Part shown: positions 28,980-37,655 of the stretch, one piece after another
Layout: each line of letters opens with the position of its first letter
How positions within the stretch are numbered: position 1 is the stretch's first letter
Source: Pirellulales bacterium
GTDB lineage: Bacteria > Planctomycetota > Planctomycetia > Pirellulales > PALSA-1355
DNA length: 64,000 nucleotides
Assembly (NCBI GenBank): GCA_963733035.1
Contig: CAVTBU010000006.1
Span: 736,001-800,000 of the forward strand
Direction: 5' to 3'
The notes under the pieces: generated by a model
Database searches by the model: none
Seen by the model: only the letters and a program-made list of their open reading frames with translations
What the model was told of the DNA's origin: nothing
Position numbers and translations under genes: made by a program

Positions 28980-29840
28980 TCATGCCCCCGGACGGGCGAT
29001 CACTCGGTGGAAGTGCAATTGCACTTCGCGGTCGACGACGCGGCGAACACCCTCGACGAGGCAGTGCGGTTCGTTGTCTTCCTGGCCGCGTCGGATGATC
29101 TCATCGAGCTTCAGCCCATGCCCCACGGTAAAAGTGGACTGGTAGATGATTTGATTGCCGGCGTCGAGTTCCGGCACAATGAAGTGGCACGTCGCCCCGT
29201 AGGTCAGCATGCGGCTGGCAAACGCTTCATGATAGGGGCGAATGCCGGGGAAGCTGGGTAGCAGCCCGTGGTGCAGATTGATAATCCGGCCGCCGGCATA
29301 CTTCCAGCAACTGGCCGCCGGCAGGATTCGCATGTAGCGGGCCAGTATCAAGTAGTCGATTTCATACTCGTCGCAGAGTTGCATCATGCGATCGTCATCG
29401 GCTGCGCCGCCATCGGTGCCGATCGAATGCCAGTCGACGCCAAATTGTTCGGCGAGCGAACGGCAATTCGGACGGTTGCCCAGCATCACGGCCGCTTCGG
29501 CCCGCACGCGGCCATCGCGAATCGCCCGCAACAACGCCAAGGCAGGCTCGGGGCGGTAGGTCGTGCAAATGGCCAGTCGCGGTCGATCCTTTCGTTCATC
29601 CGGCGACCAAACCCGAACGCTGAGGCCTTTCAGCTTGCCGATTTCCAGCAGCTGCGGCCGCAGTCCGGGCCAGCTAGCTTGGGGCAGTTCGATCCGCAGC
29701 AGCATGGCGAACAGGCTCAACTCGTCATGGTCGTACATCTGAATTTCGGCAATGTTGGCGTCGAGACCGGTCACGTGGTGAATGATCGGATCGGCCAATC
29801 CCCGATTGTCGGGACCGACAGCAGTGATGACGACTTGCAT
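28980..29840 (-). CDS. purU: Formyltetrahydrofolate deformylase
   Basis: N-terminal ACT domain (GPDNRGL); LARYMRIL, INLHHGLLPSFPG, GATCHF, ELDAG. Confidence 0.85.
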   Translation of the reverse strand: MQVVITAVGPDNRGLADPIIHHVTGLDANIAEIQMYDHDELSLFAMLLRIELPQASWPGLRPQLLEIGKLKGLSVRVWSPDERKDRPRLAICTTYRPEPALALLRAIRDGRVRAEAAVMLGNRPNCRSLAEQFGVDWHSIGTDGGAADDDRMMQLCDEYEIDYLILARYMRILPAASCWKYAGGRIINLHHGLLPSFPGIRPYHEAFASRMLTYGATCHFIVPELDAGNQIIYQSTFTVGHGLKLDEIIRRGQEDNEPHCLVEGVRRVVDREVQLHFHRVIARPGA

Positions 29841-30021
29841 GGAGAGACGGGTGCGGAAGGACGAGCGATCGGAGCGGTCCGGCGGGGGACCCACACCTAT
29901 AGGATACGCGATTCCCAGGCGCTCGACAGGGGCGTGCGGTGGGCGGCCGATTTTGCGGGTTGCAGAGGCGTTTTGGTCGGTTTAGACCGAACAGTCGGTA
30001 AGCCCCACACCCAATTGCCAA

Positions 30022-30061
30022 TTCGCGCGAAATGCTTCCGCAAATGCTTGTTTCGCGCGAA
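30022..30061. repeat. Two copies of the palindrome TTCGCGCGAA 30 bp apart, enclosing a tandem AAATGCTT
   Basis: ttcgcgcgaa-atgcttccgc-aaatgcttgt-ttcgcgcgaa in the divergent intergenic region upstream of purU. Confidence 0.6.
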
Positions 30062-30323
30062 CCCCCTCGCTATAACGACTGATGGATTGGGGCGTATATT
30101 CTTGTCACATCTCCTCGCTTGCCCCAGTCCGTGTCACGTCTTGATTTGGAACAGCGCGGAAAAATTCGGATCTTCCCGTGATCCAATTCTTCCCTCCTGC
30201 GTAATAAAGCTTGTCGCGTTGGAAACAGAGAGTTTCTCGCCTCGCCGGAGGTCGCATTCGTGGCTCGTGGCGAGGACCCGTCTGGTTCGTATCCCTTCTC
30301 ATTTCCAGTAGAGGCACATCGAC

Positions 30324-30527
30324 ATGATACGAAAAGCACAATCGACGGACATGTCGGCCACGGATCCCACCCCCGAGCAAATTCGCGAGCGAAGCCTGGA
30401 AATCCGCAACCGGTGGACTCCCCGCGAGCGGGCTCGCCGTCTCGGCATCAAGCGAGCCAGTTGGATGCCACCGACGATCTCGGAAATGGAGTTGCCCGGC
30501 GGGTTGGCGGAGTTCGAAAGTAACTAG
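30324..30527 (+). CDS. Small basic hypothetical protein
   Basis: GAGG RBS; DPTPEQIRERSLEIRNRWTPRERARR; start may be 30351. Confidence 0.6.
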   Translation: MIRKAQSTDMSATDPTPEQIRERSLEIRNRWTPRERARRLGIKRASWMPPTISEMELPGGLAEFESN

Positions 30528-30777
30528 CCGCCAGTCGCTTGCCGCCAGCAACACGCGACCGAGCGCTACGTGATACGCCCAAGCGGGTCACGTGGAAGCG
30601 CACACGATCCTTCCCCGTGATACGCCCGTAGGGATGACCGCTTGGTTCCACGCGGCACGGGCGTCGATACTTCCAAAGGCTGCTCTCGCAGATCCGCGAG
30701 AGCAGCCTTTTTCATTTCGCAGTGGGCTGTTCTCTGACTACAGAATTCCAGGCGGGCCTGTTAGACTCGCCCGCAGC

Positions 30778-32049
30778 ATGAAGACCCCTTCGATCTTCGC
30801 CGTCGACCTGCGTCTCAGCCCTCGCCGCGCTGAACTCTTGCGGCGCACCGTCGGGCTGTTCGGCTTCCTGCTGGTTGCCGTCACCTGGCCTCTCTGGACA
30901 CCCCAAACGGTGTTTCCCCAGGTGCCCTTGTTTCGCGCGGCGCTACACGTGTCCAACATGGCGCAGTGGGGGGCGGCCGGTGCAATGTTGGCGGGGCTCT
31001 TCGGCATGCTCGTGCTGCCAGCAGGGCGCCTGGCTCGTGCCGCTTTGCTGTTGTTTGCGGCAGGGACGGCATCACTCGTTGTGATGGACCAGCAGCGTCT
31101 GCAGCCTTGGGCGTATCAATTCGTGTTGCTGGCGGTCGTGTTAGCGATCGCGCCGGCGCGCTCGGCCTTGGTTCTTGTGCGAGTGTTCATCGTTGGCTTC
31201 TATTTCGAGTCCGCCATAACGAAGCTCGACTACTCCTTCCTCCACACGCTGGGGCAGCAGTTTCTCCAGACCCTTGTCGGCTTCGTCGGCGTTTCAATTG
31301 AAGCCTGGCCGCTCGCAGTTCGACTTGCGGCGGCGGCTGTTTTTCCGCTTGGCGAGCTTCTGGTGGCCCTTGGATTGTGGTTCACCGGCACACGGCGGAT
31401 CGCGCTCTACGGTGCGATTGGGCTGCACGTGCTGCTGCTCGTGATACTGGGACCGTGGGGGTTGGATCACAAGCCAGGCGTGCTCGCATGGAACGCCTTC
31501 TTTATCGTTCAAGACGTGCTTCTCTTTTGGACGCCCCGCCGGGCAACCGCGAATGCGACCGGGTCGATCGGCGCGAGGCGGGCTCCTTCGCCCGCTGTAG
31601 CCCTCGTCGCAGCCGCGGTCTTGCTACCGCTGCTGGAGCCTTGGGGATGGTTCGATATGTGGCCGAGTTGGGGGCTCTATGCGTCGAGTGCCGAGCGAGT
31701 CGTGCTGCAGATCCATCGCCAAGGGCGCCACGAGCTGCCCGATTCACTTGAGCGGTACCTCGAAGCGCCCGAGGATCCGGCCGAACCCTGGCTCACCTTG
31801 CGGCTCGACCGCTGGTCTCTCGGTGCGCTTGGCGCGCCGATCTACCCGCAGAATCGCGTGCAACTGGGCATTGCCCAAGCCGTTGTCGGCGGCGGTGGTT
31901 GGGCCCAGCGAGCACGGACAATTCGGCTGAGCCGCGCGGATCGTTGGACCGGCGAGCGCACTTCCACGATCATTCAAGGCGCCGCCCAATGGAATGCGGT
32001 CGGTGGCGAATACTTCTTCAATACCCTGCCTCGGCAAAACGTTCGCTGA
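30778..32049 (+). CDS. Polytopic membrane protein (HTTM/DoxX-like)
   Basis: About 9 TM segments; DQQRLQPWAYQ, YFESAITKL, SWGLYA. Confidence 0.7.
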   Translation: MKTPSIFAVDLRLSPRRAELLRRTVGLFGFLLVAVTWPLWTPQTVFPQVPLFRAALHVSNMAQWGAAGAMLAGLFGMLVLPAGRLARAALLLFAAGTASLVVMDQQRLQPWAYQFVLLAVVLAIAPARSALVLVRVFIVGFYFESAITKLDYSFLHTLGQQFLQTLVGFVGVSIEAWPLAVRLAAAAVFPLGELLVALGLWFTGTRRIALYGAIGLHVLLLVILGPWGLDHKPGVLAWNAFFIVQDVLLFWTPRRATANATGSIGARRAPSPAVALVAAAVLLPLLEPWGWFDMWPSWGLYASSAERVVLQIHRQGRHELPDSLERYLEAPEDPAEPWLTLRLDRWSLGALGAPIYPQNRVQLGIAQAVVGGGGWAQRARTIRLSRADRWTGERTSTIIQGAAQWNAVGGEYFFNTLPRQNVR

Positions 32050-32204
32050 GCGCGAGGCGAATGCGGTATTCTACCAGCGCGTAGCTGGAAAATTTCCGGA
32101 CTTACGGACCCTTCATGCACCGAGGTCGATATCGGGTATGATTTGCGGCAACGTATTTACCGGACGATCGATTTGGGCCAAGACATCGGTACTCGACTGA
32201 CGCC

Positions 32205-33175
32205 ATGCGCACCATGCCAGTCATTGACGTCGAAAACCTTCACAAGCGCTATCGCGACGGTCTGCTGCGCGGGCGGCGCATCGATGCGCTGCGAGGAGTT
32301 AGCCTCTCGGTCGATCGCGGCGAGATCTTCGGCCTGCTGGGCCCCAATGGCGCCGGCAAGACCACGCTCATCAAGGTCTTGTTGGGCATCGTCCGCCTCA
32401 GCGGCGGTCGGGCCAACTTGCTCGGCCTGCCCGCCGGCAGCCGCCAGGCACGAAAGAACGTTGGCTACCTGCCCGAGAATCATCGCATTCCCAGGCACCA
32501 TACGGCCAATTCTGCGTTGGCTTTTTTTGTGCGCTTAGTGGCCTTTCCACGGCTGAGGTTCGGGATCGACGGGCGGCGCTTTTGGCGGCCGTCGGATTGG
32601 CCGACTGGGGACGTACGCCCATTCGCAAGTTTTCCAAGGGGATGCTCCAACGCCTGGGGCTGGCGCAGGCGATGTTGCACGATCCTGAGCTGTTGATACT
32701 CGACGAGCCGACCGACGGCGTCGATCCTGTCGGACGTAGCGAAATGCGGGCGATCTTGCAGCGGCTGAAATCTCAGGGTAAGTCGATCTTCATCAACAGC
32801 CACCTGCTGCAAGAAGTCGAATTGGTTTGCGATCGCGTGGCGATTCTCGACAAGGGCCAGGTATTACACCAAGGGCCAATCGCCGAACTGACTGCCCATC
32901 GCAGCGACGCCGACGTGCGACTCGTGGTGCTTGGTAGCGAAACGGCCGTTCGCAAGGCAGTGACCGAAACGCCCATGCTGCAGCTTCAGCTGCTAGGACC
33001 GGCCTCCGGTGATGCCCAGCAGTGGGAACTTTTGCTGCGGGGCGCCGATCAGCCGATGGTCGATCGGCTGGTCGACCGAGTGCGGGCCGCCGGGCTGAGC
33101 CTCGTGTCGATGAGCCGCTCGCGGCAAACGCTGGAGGAGGCTTTCCTGGGAATCCTACGGCAGGCAAGGATGTGA
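32205..33175 (+). CDS. ABC transporter ATP-binding protein; apparent frameshift at ~32529
   Basis: Walker A GPNGAGKTT in ORF 32205; signature FSKGMLQR, Walker B LILDEPT and H-loop NSH in ORF 32582. One missing g after a T7 run restores ALAFFGALSG. Confidence 0.9.
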
Positions 33176-35451
33176 TGATGCGACCCTACTTGGCAGTGAT
33201 TCGAGACGCGTTTCACGAGGCACTCGTGTCCCGGGTACTGTGGGTGCTCTTGATCGTGATCACGCTGTTCCTGCTGGCGCTGGTGCCGCTGGGCTTCTCG
33301 CAGCAAGCTGCTTCTTATCTGAACGACGAGGACATCCGCGACCAGGAAAAGCTGATCACACGCATTGTCGCCCAGGGCAATTCCGAGCGACCCACGCCCG
33401 GCAGGCGCATTTGGGAGCACTTTGACGTCGGCATGCAGCAATCGCTGGAGCGCAAACCGACCGAACGTTTTGATCAGCGGATGCGCGAGATCAACTTTGT
33501 TAGCGCTCTGCGAGACGAGCTCAAATCGCCGGATTTCTACGGCAGGGTCGAGTGGAAAATGACGCGACTTTCGGCCGAAGCCCGCCAGCTTGAACAGGAG
33601 GGGCTCAAAAAACTCTCACCCCAGCAAATTGCCAGATTCAATCGACTGGCGCTCGAGGCCGCCTACCCCGACTTGATCGAACCGGCCCCGGCCAAGCAGC
33701 TGCAGCTCAAGTATTTCATCTGGGAGCCAGGCATCCCGCTGCCGCTGGAGCCGGAGCAACTTTACCCAAGCATTAACCAACTGGTGGTCACTGCGCTGGG
33801 CATTCTGCTGGGTGCGTTTGGCGTGTTCATCGCCGTGCTGGTCACGGCCTCGATGATTCCCAACACGTTCGAGGCGGGCAGCGTCGACCTGCTGCTCAGC
33901 AAACCGATTTCGCGCAGCGGCCTGTTTCTGGCCAAGTTCCTTGGCGGCTGCGCGTTCATCGCCATCAATGCGGCTTATTTCATCGTCGGTTTGTGGTTGA
34001 TTCTCGGCTGGCGACTCGGGCTGTGGAACGAGCGATTGCTATGGGCCATCCCGCTGTACGTATTCCTGTTCGCCATCTACTACAGTGTGTCGGCATTGGC
34101 AGGCGTGATTTGGCGAAACGCGATTGTTTCGGTCGTGCTGGCGGTCGTGTTCTGGTTGATTTGCTTTCTCTTGGGTACGGCGGTCAACATGGTCGAACAA
34201 CTATCGCTCAATCCGCGGCGGCTCGTCCAAATCACTCCCGCCGGAGACACGCTGATTGCCGCCAACCAGCGCGAAGTTTTCCGCTGGGACCAAGACCACC
34301 ACGACTGGCAACAGATATTTGCCGGCCGTTCGAGCGGCGAGCCAGCGTTCGTCGTGGTGGCCCGCCTGGTCGGTCCTGTTTACGATCCCCAGAGCGAGCG
34401 GATCCTCGCATTTCGCGCTCCCTTGCCAGGGTTCGGACAGTTCGGCAATGTGAGCCGTTTGCTGATTGGCAATAAGAGCGATGGCTGGCGGCGCATCGAA
34501 GGAGTGACCATTCCCGACGGGGCAGGGGGGCTGTTGGTCGACAATGAGGCAAATGTGTTCGTGACGGCTTCCGGAGGTCTCTACCGCTTGCAAGGGGACA
34601 TCGCTGCCCGACAACAGGATCTCAACCTGTTCGGGTTCCACATTCCGCTCCCCGAATCGCGTGGCAAGTTTGTCCGCATTGGGCCGGAATTACATCTGCG
34701 GCGGCTTGCCGGCTCCGCGATGGATCCACGAAGCGGCGACGCGGTGCTGTTCGATCGCTCGCGGTTAGTTCTACTTCCACGCGACCCAAAAGGAGCGTAT
34801 CGCCAGCGCATCGAGCGGAAGTTTCACGCCACGCTGCCCGGACGTGTGGCCGTCAGCGGAGATCGCGTCTACCTCGCGCTTGGCGGCGGCGAGATACGAC
34901 GGTTTGGACCGCAGTTGCAAGCCTTCCAGTCATTAGACTCGGGCATCAATAGCATGCCGATTTCGACGGCCATCTCTGGCGATGGTCGCTACCTGGCCAT
35001 CGTCTATAAGAACGCGCGGCTTTGGCTATTTGATACCAAGGAGAAAACCAAAGCGCCAATCCACATCGCGGGGCAGGGCGATATCTCCGCCGTGGCATTC
35101 GATGGAAATAAACTTTTCGTGGCGGATCATCTGACGCGGGTTACTCAATACGACGTGTCGAAGCCCGGCATCGTTCGACACTGGCAAGGCAACCAGCCGA
35201 TGGTTGAGAAGGTTTATCGCTACGCGCTGCACCCGATCTATACGTTCTTTCCCAAGCCGGGCGAATTGAACCAGACTGTCAATCACGTACTCACCTCCGA
35301 CGACGTCAAGGTCGCCGGCCCGCGGCTGGGCGAGGATCAGCCTGAAATGCCGGAGCAAGTTGACGTGTGGGGGCCGGTGTGGAGCAATCTGCTATTTCTC
35401 GCCGTCGTGTTGGCTATTGCGTGCGTATACGTTCGGCGTCGAGACTTTTGA
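33175..35451 (+). CDS. ABC transporter permease with large extracytoplasmic domains
   Basis: TGATG overlap with the ATPase; EAGSVDLLLSKPISR motif; C-terminal TM ending RRRDF; beta-rich inserted domain. Confidence 0.85.
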   Translation: MMRPYLAVIRDAFHEALVSRVLWVLLIVITLFLLALVPLGFSQQAASYLNDEDIRDQEKLITRIVAQGNSERPTPGRRIWEHFDVGMQQSLERKPTERFDQRMREINFVSALRDELKSPDFYGRVEWKMTRLSAEARQLEQEGLKKLSPQQIARFNRLALEAAYPDLIEPAPAKQLQLKYFIWEPGIPLPLEPEQLYPSINQLVVTALGILLGAFGVFIAVLVTASMIPNTFEAGSVDLLLSKPISRSGLFLAKFLGGCAFIAINAAYFIVGLWLILGWRLGLWNERLLWAIPLYVFLFAIYYSVSALAGVIWRNAIVSVVLAVVFWLICFLLGTAVNMVEQLSLNPRRLVQITPAGDTLIAANQREVFRWDQDHHDWQQIFAGRSSGEPAFVVVARLVGPVYDPQSERILAFRAPLPGFGQFGNVSRLLIGNKSDGWRRIEGVTIPDGAGGLLVDNEANVFVTASGGLYRLQGDIAARQQDLNLFGFHIPLPESRGKFVRIGPELHLRRLAGSAMDPRSGDAVLFDRSRLVLLPRDPKGAYRQRIERKFHATLPGRVAVSGDRVYLALGGGEIRRFGPQLQAFQSLDSGINSMPISTAISGDGRYLAIVYKNARLWLFDTKEKTKAPIHIAGQGDISAVAFDGNKLFVADHLTRVTQYDVSKPGIVRHWQGNQPMVEKVYRYALHPIYTFFPKPGELNQTVNHVLTSDDVKVAGPRLGEDQPEMPEQVDVWGPVWSNLLFLAVVLAIACVYVRRRDF

Positions 35452-35522
35452 GATTTGTGCGCGCAAAACAGGTCCGCCGGCAAGGCCGGGGGCTAACCGG
35501 AAAACGCGACACCACGGACGTA

Positions 35523-37619
35523 TTACTTTCGTGGTTGCATGAGTTCGTCGGCCAGTTCGCCTGCGTCGTACACTTTTCGCAGTGCCTCGATGATTGCCGA
35601 GGAGTGTACCGAGACGGCTCGGGCCACTTTGTCGGTATAGACGAAATCGAGCACCAACGACTGTATATTACCGTCGAAAATTAAGCCCACGACCTCTCCC
35701 GCGCGGTTGACGACCGGGCTGCCGGAGTTGCCGCCGATGATGTCGGCCGTGCTCACAAAGTTGAACGGTGTATCAAGGTTCAGCTTCGATTTGTCTTCGA
35801 GCCACGACTTGGGAAGCTCAAATGGCGGCACGCTGCCATGTTCCAGGGCATGCTCGTAGGCCCCGCCGATGGTCGTCCAGGGCGGAACGGCTTTGCCTTG
35901 ATCCTCGTAGCCCTTGACCTGCCCGAAGGCCAGCCGCAAGGTGAACGTGGCATCCGGATAAGTGCTCGTACCCTCGATGGCGAACTTTGCCCGGGCGATC
36001 TTGGCATAGGCCTGCCGCAGCGGTTCCTCGACTTTCTCTTCGTACGTCTTGCGAACGTCGCGTGCCGTGGGATCGACCGTTCGAGCCAGTACAATTAGCG
36101 GATCGTCGGAAGCGGCAATCGCGCTTGCGCCCCCTTCGGCCAGTTGCTTGCGAACGTTGACGTCGGTCAGCTTCGTGCCCGAGATTAACTGGGCGGCACG
36201 ATCGGCCGGCGAGAGGTTGGCCATCACCTCCTTGACCAGCGCGTTCTCGGCCCCGGCTTGTTCGATCAGGTAGCTGAGCGAGTCGGTTAGTTTGACCGTT
36301 TCGAGGTTGGAGTAAATCGGCGCTTCGGAAAACAGCTGTTGCTTGAGCGAATCGAGCCCCGCCTCGGCATATTCGCGCAGGCGGTCTTCGTTGGGCTTGG
36401 CCGTTTCGGTCGCCAAACGTATCAGACCCCGGGCAATACCATACAGCTCGGTGTTAAAGGCCATGGCCCGTTCGTAAAGAGTGTAGTCGGTGTAGACTTG
36501 TCGCCACTGGTCGATGGCCGTTTCCACTTCCAGCCAGGCGCCGCGTACATCCTTAAGCTTCGGATCATTGTCGACGGCCTCGCGCAGCGCCTTTTCGGCC
36601 TTCCGCTTGGCGTCCATGATGGCCGGCGTCTGCAAACCTGCCAGGCCGCCGAGCCGCGCTTTCCGTGAGTTTTGATACCCGAACAGTTCGTCGCGGGCAC
36701 GGCGGGCGTTCTCCAGGCCACGGCTACTGTAGACCTGCAGATTCACCTCGCGGCGGCGAATAATGTTGAGCAGGTTCGGAAATACCGTGTCGCGCAAGAA
36801 CTCCAGATGCGCCACCGTGTTCAACCGGTCGGTGCGCCCTGGATGTCCGGCCACGAAAATCAGTTCCTCGTCCTCGGCACCGGACTTGCTCCAGCTCAAG
36901 TGGTCGGGCGGCGTGGCAGGCTTGCCGTCTTCATAAATTCGGAAGAAGCTGACATCGAGGTCGTACCGGGGATATTCGAAGTTGTCTGGATCGCCGCCAA
37001 AAAAGGCGATGTCCTTCTCCGGCGCGAACACCAGCCGCACGTCGGTGTATTTCTTGTAGCGATACAGGTTGTAACGGCCGCCCTGAAACAGCGTCACCAC
37101 GTCGCTCCGCAGACCGGTCTTGTCGAACGATTCCTTTTCGATCGTATTGCTCACCGCGCGGCGGGCCTGCTGGGCTTCGGCCGGACTCATGCCCGGTTTC
37201 ACGGCCGCGTTGACTCGTTCGGTGACGTCTTCGATCGACATCAGCACGTTCAATTCCATGTCCACGCACTTGAGCTCCTCGGCATTCGTGCGGGCATGAA
37301 ACCCGGTTTTCAGCAAATCGCGGTCGGCCGAGCTCAGCTTGTGCAGAGCGTCGGCGGCCACGTGATGATTCGTCATCACCAGGCCGTCAGCCGAAACGAA
37401 CGAGCCAGAACCGCCGCTGTTGAACCGCACGGCCGACTTCTGTAGATGCTCGAGCCACTCGTCCGAAGGATCGAAGCCATAACGCTGCTCGAGCACCTTG
37501 CGTGGCGGCTGGTTGAATAGCCACATCCCTTCATCGGCAAACACGGCAGATCCCCAGGTGGAAAATAAGGTGACGGCCAGCACGGTCACGAGCCAAGGCA
37601 AATGTCGGGTGCAAAGCAT
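35523..37619 (-). CDS. S46 family dipeptidyl peptidase, exported
   Basis: ADEGMW after the signal peptide; TNHH, FGGDPDNF, YPDATFTLRL, DIIGGNSGSPV, FDGN. Confidence 0.93.
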   Translation of the reverse strand: MLCTRHLPWLVTVLAVTLFSTWGSAVFADEGMWLFNQPPRKVLEQRYGFDPSDEWLEHLQKSAVRFNSGGSGSFVSADGLVMTNHHVAADALHKLSSADRDLLKTGFHARTNAEELKCVDMELNVLMSIEDVTERVNAAVKPGMSPAEAQQARRAVSNTIEKESFDKTGLRSDVVTLFQGGRYNLYRYKKYTDVRLVFAPEKDIAFFGGDPDNFEYPRYDLDVSFFRIYEDGKPATPPDHLSWSKSGAEDEELIFVAGHPGRTDRLNTVAHLEFLRDTVFPNLLNIIRRREVNLQVYSSRGLENARRARDELFGYQNSRKARLGGLAGLQTPAIMDAKRKAEKALREAVDNDPKLKDVRGAWLEVETAIDQWRQVYTDYTLYERAMAFNTELYGIARGLIRLATETAKPNEDRLREYAEAGLDSLKQQLFSEAPIYSNLETVKLTDSLSYLIEQAGAENALVKEVMANLSPADRAAQLISGTKLTDVNVRKQLAEGGASAIAASDDPLIVLARTVDPTARDVRKTYEEKVEEPLRQAYAKIARAKFAIEGTSTYPDATFTLRLAFGQVKGYEDQGKAVPPWTTIGGAYEHALEHGSVPPFELPKSWLEDKSKLNLDTPFNFVSTADIIGGNSGSPVVNRAGEVVGLIFDGNIQSLVLDFVYTDKVARAVSVHSSAIIEALRKVYDAGELADELMQPRK

Positions 37620-37655
37620 GGTCGAAGCCTTTGTACGTGAAGTGTGAAAACAAAC

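Noticed and set aside
29910..30000. Possible ZMP/ZTP (pfl) riboswitch upstream of purU (minus strand gtcgagcgcctggg resembles the 3' motif)
   Set aside because: The P3 stem does not close and the matching 5' GACUGGCG/GACUGACG element is absent. A cmsearch with the Rfam pfl model would settle it.
32520..32532. Programmed frameshift or phase variation at the T7 run in the ABC ATPase
   Set aside because: A single missing base restores a normal protein, and similar indels occur across the window, so sequencing error is more likely
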